Origin: Octopus vulgaris
Lineage: Eukaryota
DNA: 64,000 nucleotides
Direction of reading: 5' to 3'
Assembly: GCA_951406725.2 (NCBI GenBank)
Contig: OX597839.1
Span: forward strand, 30,318,001 to 30,382,000
A program made the translations under genes and the position numbers. The notes under the pieces were generated by a model. The model was not told the origin of the DNA, did not search any database, and saw only the letters and a program-made list of their open reading frames with translations. Below, piece by piece: positions 24,176 to 37,600 of this stretch. Position 1 is the stretch's first letter. Each line of letters begins with the position of its first letter.

Positions 24176-27100
24176 TCCAGGAAGAAGATTTGTCCCTCAC
24201 GTTGGCGTACACAGTTAAGAATAGTTCTGTAGGCCTGCAGCTGGTCCGGAAGTAATTTAGGTTCATTTTCAACAACGTACTTTGAAAGTACTTGAGTGTT
24301 GTAGGATGTGTCACGAACGACAGTAGTTGGAAGACTATTTGATCCTGACCTGAATGTTTGTGGTAGACCGTATGTGGACAATTCATTTCCACCCAATTTA
24401 GCAATTCTGTCTTCAATGTCAATGAGATGTTTGTTGTAGACTTCATTGCTGATGCCCTCCGTGTCAGGGTAGAGCAGTTGAGCCAGGTTGTCTCTGTATT
24501 TGAGTCACAGAGTGGCAGGATCACATGGTTCGCATGCCTGTAGTAATACTGGAAATAGTGCCCTGGGACCTTTAGGTGATTCTGATAAAGCAGCCTCTCC
24601 CAAAGTAGCATCCCATTGTGCACCATCTTCCAACAGACTTTGTTGATAGCAGGCTTCTCTGTATGTTGTGCAGATATGTCCATGAACGGTTTTTAGGACC
24701 TGGAAAGACGTTGGCCCTCTGACCTCATGCAGTAGTAGATGAAGGTAGAAGCACTTGTGTTGAGTGGGATGCACTGTGTATCGTCACCCAAGGCAAGTGT
24801 CAAACTTAATGCCAGGTTATCCATGAACATTTTGACCTGCCTTCCTTGGGGCCCATTTTTTTCCATTCCAAGTGAAGTACGATGGAATCTATGGATACAG
24901 CGAATGGATAAACTTGACAAAGCTTAAAGAATGTAGTGAGCGAGCTATCTCTTGGTTCCTCTGCCAACAGAGAAGCATTAGCATCAGTGAAGTACACTCT
25001 TTGACCGTTTTCCAGATGCACTGCAAGCTGTTGAATGGCGGGGTGTCGTTGGTGAAGTGGAAAGTCAAAGATGCACCAGAAAACCTCGTTGCTACTTACG
25101 TACCGTCCCACCTGATAATGCGTCACCTCATCCTGGCAGTATTCTTGTTGAAGTCCAAACATTGCAGCATCAGAACCCTTGTTCACATACTTACAAACGT
25201 ACTTAATGGACTTAACGGAGTTGCAAAACTCAACGTTGATGTGGGCATGGAAAGGATTGGACAGTAGGAAAGAATCCATCTATTATCAACCTCATGCTGT
25301 CCGACAGTTGCTGTGAAACCTCCGTCTTCTGGTTTTCTCTGTCTCTGTATGATGGATACCTATCAGCACCTGTCTGAGTTTCTTGTAGGAACCTCCTTGG
25401 AAACCTTTTCGAACATACGCTGTCTTTCAAGCATGGTGAGTTTATATTGAATCCACGCCCACATGGACCATGCACCATGTTTGCCTTAACTATTTCATAC
25501 AGTACTTTGTCTACAGCTGGATCAGGAAGCTCTGCAAAGATTATCTTGTCAATGTCAGTAGATTTGATCTTCACTGAGAACCAAAGCAAGATATGAGCAT
25601 GCGGAAGGCCCCTTTTTTGTCATTTGATTGTGTACGTCTCATGTTACAGGTCCAAAGATTTACCCTTTTTTTTATGAGCTCCATGAGAATGATTAACTTC
25701 AAATGGAAAACTCGAGTGAGGAGGTCATGCTTGGCTTTAGGCTTTTGACCGAAGAAGATTTTGGCCTGAATCTCCTTCCACTTGGGATTACATGTGAAAA
25801 ATATGAACAGGTCAAGCTTGCCGTAATGGCAGACAAAGGTCATTGCATCCTGTGTTCTTATATCGGGGACTTCTAGTGAACGTGGAAGGCAAGATGCAAA
25901 CTCTTCCTATGCTTGTTGGAGCAGCATCATTGTTGATGGCATTTCCGAAATGGAAGAAGCTGTCAGATTGCAATTTATTTTTTGTGACCTGATAAAACAC
26001 AATCTCTCTGATTCCATTTTTGCATATGTATTGACTACAAATTGATGAAGAGGAGGTGATTACAGCAGTTGTTTCGGGTCATAAATCGGTATGCGTAGAA
26101 GTCCATGCAGGATACTGGCTTGTTGAGATGTTCATTATGATTTTGGGGATGAGGTAGCTGTCCTTACCGATGAGGTAGCTGTCCTTACCATTAACAAACA
26201 GAAGCAGATATTGAAGCGTAGGATCGGTGCGTTTCACTAATTCACCTGAGGACAATGTCTCTGTGACTGTGCTGTTCACCATGAAGGAGTACAGCTATTT
26301 CATTGCATGTGGGTGCATTGTAATGGCCTGCATGTTCCCTAGATGGTCTTTTCTGGGCATTAATGACAACATTAAAATGTGATGAAGCTTCTCTTTCCAA
26401 GGCATCCCTGAAGCTACGTACAGAGCTGTTTTTCTGGTGCAAAAGGTCTTGCAGTTGCATTATCAGGTGAAAGTTAGTACCTGTGGAAATGTAGTTTTGT
26501 CGGGTGGCATGTTCGTGTAAATTGCCTACAAAAGTATATTTGAAGGAACTGAGGATCTTGATTTTCAGCAGCCTCGAGTGAGCCTATCCTATGGTAAATC
26601 TGTCTCTCTACTTTGAAAGTAGGCATAAACCCGCCTTCTTGAACAACATTAGCACCAAAAGCTGTCATTTGGAATGCACAATTGTACTTCCGGATGTTAT
26701 TGAGGAAATGTTTCGACTCTGTAGTTGTGCCAGTGGAGTGTGACTTCAACAGCTGTGGTGGATCCTCCAGTGGAGTGGGGTTGAGGTTTCCATTAGCGCA
26801 ACACGTCGCAGGAGTTTCTCTTGACCACTTCTTGCAGAAAGAGCAAGTGATGGACATATGTCCAATGTTCATATCTGGGTGGCAATCATAATGAAGGTTA
26901 GGGTTGCAGTTGAAAACCTATAATGACCATTGTGAGCTGCATGGCGTTGAAAATCGTCATCTAGGAGCAGCTCTTTGTTGAATGGAAGTCTGCAGCAGAG
27001 TAGATCTCTGTTGTAAGCCATGTTGGCAGCAGCATTCCTGACCAGGCGTGCAATGTGTTGGTTTTTGTTCTCTGCAGCTTGTGCAGCAGCAGCAGCAGTT

Positions 27101-27601
27101 TGTCGAACTGGACACTGGTCACCTGTTTGGAGTGCTCTTGAAGTGGCTGTACGTTCAGCATTTTGTGATCGTCCAATGTCAGTTTCCACTGACGATTCAT
27201 TCGCCCACCTTGCTGATGATCTTGCTGCTTTTGCAGTTTTCGCCCAATTGAAGAACTCTTCCTTCGGGGCAAGATCTAAAATAAGCCTGATGAAATGCAG
27301 TGAGATACACTGTTAAGTGTTGAATATTAATTGAAGGGTTAGTATGTAAGTGCAGATAAGTTGCAAACTTGCAGCTGCTGCAGTAATAATGAACTGGTAG
27401 TAGAACGGTAAACGTGTAAAATAAGATGATGTTAGTGTTATGAGATTAGAATGAAAATGGAAACAGTTGTGAAAGGCAAAACGAGAGAAATGGCAGGAGT
27501 AACAGAGAAAGAGGTTACGAATTGCATTGGGAATGACGTTTCTGTGGACATGAATTTTTTGGGGTGTTGGAAGTCAATGCATGGCTGCTCTGTTGTATAG
27601 A
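24170..27601 (-). mobile_element. Helitron RepHel pseudogene, truncated before the helicase Walker A motif
   Basis: Zn-finger CSFC..CCANG; FLNNIRKYNCAFQMTAFG; Rep motifs DLFIFFTCNPKW, QKRGLPHAHIL (HUH) and KSIKYVCKYVNKG; ends at GQIFFLDA; putative 5' end a|TCTATAC at 27601. Confidence 0.92.
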
Positions 27602-29064
27602 TTGGATGGGGAAAGGGTTAATGGAAGAGCAATTCGATGAATTGCTTAGCTTTGTTTAGTGGGGCAGAAGCTGATTTGACTGGTATTTCTAGCATGTCCT
27701 GCTACCACTGATGTCAACCCAACGAGTAGGCGAGCAGGTGCCAATATTCTCCCTAAGAAGATTATTCTGCAGGATTACCCATTGACGGTTGAGTGGACTG
27801 AGCAATGTGAAATGAAGTGTTTTGCAACGTACTGCCCAATCTGGGAATCGAACCTACAATCTAGTGATTGTGAGTGCAGTACTTTAACCACCAGGCCATA
27901 CGACTTCACTCTTTATAAGCTTCATAAAGTCCCCCTCTTCCCCATACTGTTGGACATAAAACTGTAGAATTCACAGAAATGAGGAATCATCTTGCTCAGG
28001 GAACCTGAGAACCTCGAAACAATCTGAGAGATTGTGTTTTGTTTTGAATTGTTGAGTCTCTGGTCACCAGGAACCATTCCTGGGAATGGCACTGAATCTG
28101 AAGAACCCTGAAACTCTGCATGAAAGGCCATTGGAAGTACAAATACAAGAGAAACGAAGATGGGACTGGTAGAAATATGGAAAAAAGGAAGGTGAAGTTA
28201 ACAGCTGTTGTTGTTATCAGCCTTATTGTTGTTTTTACATCCTCTTTCCCATGCTGGCATGGGTTGGACATGACTTGTTAAGGCAGAGCTTTATAACCAG
28301 ATGCTGTGTCTGATGTCAACTGTTTCAGTTGCGTCGTGTGAGACACAGGGATATGGTCCACTTGTCCGAAAGACTGGAATGTATGGCTTAAAGTTAATCC
28401 AGCATCATTGACGACATCTAAGATATTTAGCTTTAATCGGGATAAAGATTTGGAGGGGAGTGATGAGCTTATCCCAAAACATTTGAGCAGCGCAGAAGGA
28501 TCTGAAGACCCAGTTTTCAGCAAAGTAATAACGTTAGAAATGGAGAAAAATAAAAACAATAAAAACAGGAAAAGAAACACCAAAACAATTTAAATATTGA
28601 AAATTTTTCTTTTTCTTTTCGTTTGTTTTTTGGAATATTTATAAAACACAAACAAAACAAATGAAAAAAAAAACAACAAAACAAAAATGTCTGAATTTTA
28701 CATTTTGAGGAATTTGAAGAGAATAAAAACATGAAGTGAAAATTTTTGTTGAAAATTTTGGAAGAATCTTCAAATGTGATGACGCCTCTGCCAAAATCGG
28801 ACGTTCAAAGTCGGAGTTGATGTTGATTGATAGAAGCAATGGCCAACAGCTTCAATATATAGTTCTTATGAGATCAACGATTTCTCTTTATTGCAGTTAC
28901 AGTTTGTTGTAGACAAAGTAATGAGGTGAGTCCATGTCCCAGGAGGGGGGGGGGGCAGTATTTAGGGAGCTGTTTAGGAAATGACTGAGTTTCTGACATC
29001 GGCAAGTCACTGTGAGTATATACACGTACCTGTACATCTACTAGTGTGTCAATATTATAAATAA

Positions 29065-29100
<36 letters not shown>

Positions 29101-29284
29101 GGTGGGTGTGCATATCTCAATTATGTATGTATGTGTGTATGTGTTGTTATTGAAGAGTGAAAACGAGTGCTCAACACTTGGAGAAACATTCTTCAATTTG
29201 GTATTCATCCAGAACGAAACCATTGGTAGCCTTAACCCACAAATAAAGTATATATATATATATATATATTTATTATATAGAAGG

Positions 29285-29335
29285 AGCTTCTACAGGACTA
29301 GAACTGTTTCATTCAAGAGAAATCTTCAGGAAGCT
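29285..29335 (-). ncRNA. Type I hammerhead ribozyme (minus-strand copy)
   Basis: Exact reverse complement of 29648-29698. Confidence 0.7.
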
Positions 29336-29647
29336 AGTTAACAAGAATTGTATTGGCATTTATACATTTAGGCAGGTTTAAAGGGGTGTTGGTGGGGGAC
29401 TTTTTGGGGGGTAGGCATAGCGCAAAATATCATACTTGGGGGAGTGGTCAAGGAGTCAGTGTTAAATTTATTTATTTATTTTTTTATTTTTATTTTTTTA
29501 TTTATTCTTCTATCTAATTTAACACTGACTCCTTGACCACTCCCCCAAGTATGATATTTTGCGCTATGCCTACCCCCAAAAAGTCCCCCACCAACACCCC
29601 TTTAAACCTGCCTAAATGTATAAATGCCAATACAATTCTTGTTAACT

Positions 29648-29698
29648 AGCTTCCTGAAGATTTCTCTTGAATGAAACAGTTCTAGTCCTGTAGAAGCT
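29648..29698 (+). ncRNA. Type I hammerhead ribozyme
   Basis: Stem I AGCTTC/GAAGCT, core CTGAAGA (29654-29660), stem II TTC-tctt-GAA (closing U-U mismatch), GAAA, stem III ACAG/CTGT, predicted cleavage after GUA at 29692. Confidence 0.72.
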
Positions 29699-29781
29699 CC
29701 TTCTATATAATAAATTAATTTTACTCTGCTATGTATTGAGTACCTTATTTACTGTGGTTAACCCCGAATCAACCCGGGACC

Positions 29782-29819
<38 letters not shown>

Positions 29820-29856
29820 CACACACGTCATATTATGTCCCATAAGTAGGGCAGCA

Positions 29857-30613
29857 GGATCTTTTCCTTTTGAACGGCACATGTCAACACAATTTCTAGT
29901 TAACTAAACACTTTAAAACTTTGTATACTGGTAGAATGTGTCAAAATAAAACATTTTTTTCTCTTGGCTTTCTTGAGAAAATTCTAATTTGTAAGTTTAA
30001 CGTAGTTTAATTTTTCAAATTTTAACCAATCAGTCGCCTCTATTTAGCTAAAATCATTTGCTGCGTATAAAACTGAGACAACATCCTGTCACTAACCCTA
30101 ACCCTAAATTTTAGCCTTTCGTTTTTTTTTTTTCTTAATTGTTAAATTAATTTAAGGATAACAATTAAGAAAAAAAAACGAAAGCAATGGAAAATAATTT
30201 AAACAATTAACAAATAAAATAATGCTATAATTTTATACACACACTTTCCGTACGTATACATAACGAAAGGCGAAAACAAAAACAAAACGAATAATTTTAG
30301 ACACACGCGTAACAAATTAATTTAACAATTAAGAAAAAAAAAACAACGAAAGGCTAAAATTTAGGGTTAGGGTTAGTGACAGGATGTTGTCTCAGTTTTA
30401 GACGCAGCAAATGATTTTAGCTCAATAGAGGCGATTCATTGGTTAAAATTCGAAAAATTAAACTACATTAAACTTACAAATTACAATTTTCTCAAGAAAG
30501 CCAAGAGAAAAAATCTTTTTATTTTGACATATTCTACCAGTATATACGAAGTTTTAAAGTGTTTAGTTAACTAGAAATTGTGTTGACATGTGCCGTTCAA
30601 AAGGAAAAGATCC
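29857..30613. mobile_element. Foldback MITE with ~300-bp TIRs, 8-bp TSD and internal telomeric repeats
   Basis: TIRs GGATCTTTTCCTTTTGAACGG... at 29857-30153 and 30314-30613; TSD GGGCAGCA at 29849-29856 and 30614-30621; (CCCTAA) at 30092-30107 and (TTAGGG) at 30361-30376. Confidence 0.92.
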
Positions 30614-32300
30614 GGGCAGCATCAATATCTTCTACATGTTGCTTTCCTTATTAAATAAATACACACACTTATGAACGTGTGTGTGTGTGTCTACATTTCT
30701 ATTTGTGAATGTGTAGCTACCATCAGCTTTAGAAGTAAAGACCCAGAGTTTGGGGGTGGTACACAAGAAACAGGACTGAGATGAGGAGAATGTACCTACA
30801 TGTTCCAGATGAATGGGAATTGCTACATGTTTGTAACAAGCTGTACTACATGTTAGGCATTCAGGTTATTCTGTCAAAGGCAATGCTTATTCCGTCACAT
30901 TGCTTTCAGTTAATCTTGTATTATCCCTTATCTTCAAGATTTCAGTAACGTGATTATATATTCTTAGAATGATATTGCAGGGTAGGTGAGAGAGGCCAGG
31001 TCTGGCCAGTTTAAATACCAAAGTGCTAAAATGTTGAGAATGTGCTTTGTACAACGACTATTCCTATTTGTTAACTGCTGGAACTAAACTTGAACGCTGA
31101 TTTATGAACTTTGGGAGTTACAGTTCATACACATATATATATATATATATATACTGTCTATATAGAATACAGTATGGTAATAGTATTGGAGAATAGTATA
31201 GAGTTGTATAAATAGGAAAGAAATTATGAAACAAGTTGAACTGACAGAGAAACATATTAGCAGCAACACCTTAAACATAGGTTAGTAGTGGTGGTGGTGG
31301 TGGTAGCACTATTATATACAGGTGTGTGGAGACACCTGGACAAACTGAGGCTATGTGTGGTGGAGGAGGGAGGCTGAAGAGGAGTGTTTGTAAAGACAGC
31401 TGCCAACAGATTTGTTTGCATTTATGGGAGAGACAGACAGATTTTAAGACTTCACTGATTCAGGAGTTCCCCCACCCCACAACTCTTTTTCAACCCTCTG
31501 TCACCTTTGTCAAACCTATCCCCACCTAGGACAATGTTAGCATATCTAAGCCTACATTATCTAACCCATTTCAAGACGGTCAAGGTGTGATTTGAGGGAG
31601 AGCTGACTGCTACTTTTAGCAATTAAAGTGACTGCATGAGGGATTACTTGTTGGTTTTGATTCAGGAGTGGTGGTGATGGTGGTGGTGGGGGTGAGTAAT
31701 TAGCTTAATGACTGGAGTTAATTTGGCCAATTGTGAAACATAACTGAGTCCAATTGTCAAAGAAACAGTGGTGACAATTACAATGGAGGCTCACATGGCG
31801 GGGGACACACAGACACAGTGTTGTCATTGGTTATTATGGCAGTGGAATGGCAGAAACAGAAAGGGGGATATTAAATGCAGTTTAGTATTCAGTTCTGCCC
31901 TGTTCAAAATCTTACCCGAACTTGCAGTTGTGTGCCACCATCACCACCACCACCACTACCACCACCGTTATGGTTTACGAGGGGAGGGGCAATGCATTGG
32001 TAGAAACAACAGAACACCAAACTAGATACCTTACTCAGATTGACGTCTCTCCATTGTAAGTTCAAACCTCAGTGTGGAAATTCTTTAATCCTCCATGTTT
32101 AATACCTGTAATATACTGAGGCTGACTTCAAGTATTTGGCTTTTTCATACATAGTAAATTTAATATATAACCCCCAACCCTAGTCCTGGTTCTGGGTCCA
32201 CTCTGTGTCAAGTATAAGGACCCTGTCTCTGGTTTGAGGAGATCTTAACATTCTTCCTTTCCTGATTGAGGTCCTTAAAATTAAAAAAACCAAAAAACAA

Positions 32301-32310
32301 TTTATTTATT
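32301..32310 (-). terminator. Candidate polyadenylation signal of the ephexin gene
   Basis: Overlapping AATAAA motifs on the minus strand followed by a T/GT-rich tract, ~1 kb past the stop codon. Confidence 0.45.
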
Positions 32311-32731
32311 TATAAAAACGAATGGGAAGTGATTTGGTGTGATGATGATGGTAAAAGATCTGTCAGAGGATGGGCGCAGGGAACAGCAATTAAATTAATA
32401 TAAATTAATTCATTAGTAAAAAACACAACTTGCAATCCACAGTACACGCAACCAGTTTGATCACACATACACCATGTACACACACACACACACACTATCA
32501 AGCAGAGGCTCACACAGACGTATACGCTGTCCTCCCTGTCCCTGATGATGGACAACACTTTCACTCGACGGAAACTCTATTGGAATGTAGAAACATTGCT
32601 GGACGTTAGTTCTATGTCCGTTGTTTTAGGGTTTGGCATGAACGACACAGAGAAATGACTGTAAAAACGCATGGGTGTGTCTGTGTATGTACATGCATCA
32701 CCAGATACTTATGTGTAAACATGTAGCTAAA

Positions 32732-32762
<31 letters not shown>

Positions 32763-33343
32763 CTGCAGAACACGATAAGAAGGAGACATTGTGTCTGCTG
32801 TCTACTTCTCAGTCTCAAAGTGTTTCATGGTAGACAGCAATAAACGTGATGGTGGAGTTGAGGTGGGATTCTGGAATCCCGAGGAACAATTAGGATTGGC
32901 AAAAGTGGGTGCAAGGGTGCTGCCGCTGCTGCACTACACACGTTACTGTAGTAGCGGTAGTAGTAGTAGTAGTAGTGTGTACAGTGTTGTACTAGTACAA
33001 TAGATACTATGCCAGTGAACTAGTTGAGTACATATTGTAATAGTATAGTACAATACTGGTAGAGTGCTGTGTTAGCTGAGTACATATGAAACTGCAGTGG
33101 TACAGTCTATGTGGTAGCGTAATGATTGTTGAGTTCCAGTAATTATGCTGTAATTGTCACTGAAGGACAAAGGGTTTGGCTGGGGAGTGGGGGGGTTATA
33201 TGCAATGTGGTTGTGACCATAGTAAATAGGGGTGGGGTGGGGGCAATTAATGTGTTAAATATGATACAGTGATTCTGTGATAAAATCTGGTGGGAGGAGG
33301 GGGAGTGTGGGAGGAGGTGGGGGGGGGCATCCTGGTGATTTTT

Positions 33344-33486
33344 TTATTCAACTTCAATGTTGCCTTCCACTTGGTACTTGAGACGCATATTCCGGGCTCG
33401 GCTGTGCTCGCCGACAATCTCCTTGGTCACCTCTGATGGAAACCAACCCGTTTCACCATCATGGGACCGTTCACCATAGTACCAAC
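33344..33486 (-). CDS. ARHGEF26: Ephexin terminal coding exon (SH3 C-half)
   Basis: GWYYGERSHDGETGWFPSEVTKEI...RNMRLKYQVEGNIEVE*; TAG acceptor; phase 1. Confidence 0.93.
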
Positions 33487-34512
33487 CTACAAAGAGAAAA
33501 CAGAATTCAAAGCAAAACGAAAACAAAAAAGAAAACACTCAGAAGTCGGAGGTGGAGGTGGGGGAGTCAGTTTGGTGTAGTTAAATGTCTGCTATAACCC
33601 CTTGCAGTGGTTAAGGGTCACGATTTAAGGCCACACCTTAGAGCACTCATTATTTGGTGTTAAACAGAAGATGAATCTCATATTTACATGGGATGTCACT
33701 TTACTGTCATAAAACATTACCAAGAGATTTGGTGATGTTCATTCCCTGCCATTGGGAGAATAGCGGAATATAATATCGGCTTCAAATTCAAGGGCAGCTA
33801 TTTGTGGGGAGTGGATAAGTCGATTACATCAACCCCAGTGTTCAACTGGTCCTTATTTTATTGACCCCAAGAAAGATGAAGTGCAAAGTTGACCCTGGCA
33901 GAATATGAACCCAGAATGTGAAGTTGGAAGAAAAGCTGCAAAGCATTTTGCCTGGTGTGTTAATGATTCTGCCAGCTTAAAATAAACGAAATAAAATATT
34001 AAATGTTTTTGCTTAAAATGGACGAAGAACTGACTGGAATCAAAAGGCCCAAGGGTTTTGTCAATTTCTATAATGAAATGCACACAAAACCCTCTCAAAA
34101 CATGGCTTTGCCCAGCAGAAGAAGTGGGGACAGGTCTTCCCAACCACATGGTCCTAAGTTCAGTCCCACTGCATGGCACCTTGGGCAAGTGTCTTCACCT
34201 GTAGCCTCAGGCTGACCAAAGTCTTGTAAGTGGATTTGGTAGATGGAAACTGAACGAAGCCCATTGTGTATATGTGTGTGTGTGTCTTTGTGTCAGTCTC
34301 CACCACTGCTTGACAACAGGTGTTGGTGTGTTTACATCCGTCACTTAGCAGTTTAGCAAAAGAAACCAACAGAATAAATACCAGGCTTCAAAAAAGAACA
34401 ATACTAGGGTCAATTCCCTCGACTAAAAATTCTTCAAGGCAATGCTCCAGCTTGGCCACAGTCTAATGACAGAAACAAAAGCTAGGTATTTGTGACATGA
34501 GAAAGTGAGTGA

Positions 34513-34608
<96 letters not shown>

Positions 34609-37600
34609 CTACCGACACTTAATACCGAAGAAGCTAAAGATCAGACTCACTCCCCTTTCCCCCAACAATATATCCCCATTTAATTTTAGGGGTTCTCTCC
34701 TTAACTGACACACCAATGACCCCCACCCCCACCCCTAGCACCACAAAAAGCAACCCTTACCATCATTTAGTTTCCGGAAAACAGTGACCACATCATTTGG
34801 TTCTAAAGAGAGTTCATCTTTCTCATAAGCTTTATATGAACAAATGGCTTCCACTTCTGGACAATCTGGAAAATAAGAGACAGGATGAGCGAAGAAGGGA
34901 AATGTCTGTTGGTTTGTTTCTCACTTAAGATGATGAAGGAGTAGAGTCAGGAATAAATTATGCTAATACTCAGTAATCACATAAATTATGCTAATAATAC
35001 ACAGCGTGTGTTAAAAATAAGCGGAACATTATAGAATAAGGTGAAATTGAAGAACATTTCCTAAAATAAGACTTTATGAGAGAAGAAATAACATTGGTAG
35101 AATATCAATGTGGTTCTTATGAGTGAAATGAAGTTGTGGCACAAATGCCTTTCCCTAAAGATGGTAATAAAAGCTATAAGAAATGTGGGAAATTTACTAA
35201 ATTTATGAATCTGAAATGTCTTGTTTGGTTGAAGTATTTAGTGGGGATATATATAGATATATATATGTTTACAGTTTATGTTTATAGGTAGAGAAAATAC
35301 TCCACCCAGTGAGAGAGAAATATGATTTAATAAACACAATGTACAATAGTTTCATGCTTTAAGGTACATTAAATTAGTAGATTTATATAACATGTCATGC
35401 ATCTCCAAGCAATCTTGCATATGTCTTCATGTATATATGAGATCCAGGTTAGAGATTTCAATGTCGTGTATAATATATTAATAAACAGAGGAAGGTTGGT
35501 CATGGTTGGAGTACCTTTGATTAGGGCTGACCTGGGGTTGAATAAAAACAGCTTAAAAATTAGTTAAATTTATTTTAACCATTTAGCATTTAAACTGGTC
35601 ATATCCAGGGCCCAAATCTTCTCCATGCAGATCTGGTCTCTCACACCTAGCCTACAATGTCATTTTGGAAAATAGACAATTACATCACTGAAATCTGAAA
35701 GCTACGAGACAGTACAGGATTGATTAAAAACAACTTGAATAAATAAGTTTGAGAGAAGAATCTGAATGCTGAAAGGTGAAATCATGGCTTGTAATTAAAT
35801 GTGTGAGACTCACCCCATGCTGAGTAAATTCTTTCATTGCCTTCCACTGTGACAGGGGTTACAGCAGTCAACCAACGTTCACAATCATTTCTAGAAAGAA
35901 CAACCAAAAAAAAAATTAAACAACAACACACAAAAAAAAAGTTTAGTGGTGTGTCACAATGTAACTGGGGAGGGGAAAAGTGGCACCCAGTTGCTACCAA
36001 TAACAATGTCTTTCAAATGATGGAAGATGTTTTCTTTTATTGGTTACTATGGCCATGTTGGAGCACTGCTTTCAAGACTATTCAAAATGATAAAAGGCAA
36101 GAATCAGTCTGGGTATAAAGGGATGTCACCAGGGCAGAAACAAATACCAATAGTCATCTCCTACAGTCCCAGGCTGAGCAAAGCCTTGTGAGCAGATCTG
36201 GTGGACAGAAACTGGAAAGAAGCCCATTGTATATGTACATGAATATTGTTGAGGGTCGCATTTCACTGCCCTTCGTGCCACAGGATCTGCTTATCTCGTA
36301 TTGTCCCTTTCCCATGAGAAACAATGTACTGGAGGAGGATGAAGGTTTTGGATCAATGCTGTCATCACTTTTAATGGGCAAGTAACCATGTGTCTGTGTG
36401 TGTTTATCCCCAACTTCTACTTGACATCTGGTGTTTGTTTGTTTATATCCCTATAACTTAGCAGTCCAGCAAAAAATTGGCTGATGGACTAAGTACCAGG
36501 TTTAAAAGAAAATAACACGCCCTGGGTCTGATTTGTTTGATTAAAGCCCTTCAAAGGCAATGCCCCAGTATGGCCACAATCTAACGATTGAAACAAGTGA
36601 AAGATAAACCGGAGAGAAACGAAGCTGAAGTCCAGCCGAAGCCTTCCTACTTACTCAGAATTAAAAGCCAAAATCATTTCCACTCTTTTGTTTTCAAAGT
36701 TCTCCAACATTACCAGCAAGATCAGAAAACGGACATTGGGTGGAACTCCATGAGGTAAAAGCTTACATTTGTCTGGGTCCCTGATACGTTGAGGGTCCAA
36801 AAAGGCACGTGAACAATAATCGACAACATCATAATGGTTTCTAAGAAAAGCAAAATGAGACCCAGTTAAAACACACATATGATGATGATGATGATGATGA
36901 TGCAAAAGTTATCAAGGATCATTAATTAACAAATACAGTAATGCCTCAATAGACGAGTTAATTTGTTCCCAGAGACTACTTGTAAAATGAAAACTCTAAA
37001 AGCAGAACAATAATTTCCCATAGCAGCAATGTTATAAATCATAATTCATTCCCAGAAAAATATTTTACCCAAAAAATTTATAATACTCGTAAATATATGG
37101 CAACAAAACAACATTAAAATGTAAAGAATATTTTATGTAAAGTGAAAAGAATGTGAAAGATTGTTTATAATATAAATTAATATTATTATAATCATTTTCT
37201 GAATCACTTTCACTCGCATCAGACTTGTGCACACCATCACTTGTAGACGTGATCACTGATTCACAAGTACTTGTAGACAGACTTGTAGGTTTCTTTATGA
37301 AAAAAAATAAGTCTAGAGTTGTTGGCTTAGAAGAAGCCCTTTTTTTCACTCTCTATGAATGTCTCGGTAACACTTCTGTTTAGACATATTGGGTGGGTTT
37401 AAAAAATACTGAAAATAATAATATAAATACACGTATACAATCTAAAATATGTGGCATAAAGAATTAGCTTTGTTGAATCTCTCTCAACAAAACACACAAG
37501 CAAACTAAGACACTGAAAATGTTATGCTGTCATTTTACTCCATTGCTACATGCAGCTGTGTAGAAATGTTGGAACCAGTGTTACCACATGTTGTGATGTT

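Larger units (their letters stand above)
29268..29783. mobile_element. Palindromic Penelope-like pLTR element (~200-bp arms) in a (TA)n tract
   Basis: 29268-29468 is the reverse complement of 29516-29715 (one G/C indel seen); 47-nt T-rich spacer; unique tail 29716-29783 on one side. Confidence 0.8.

Noticed and set aside
30092-30376. Chromosome fusion or true telomere relic
   Set aside because: Only ~2.7 repeats per side, embedded within the TIRs of a TSD-flanked element
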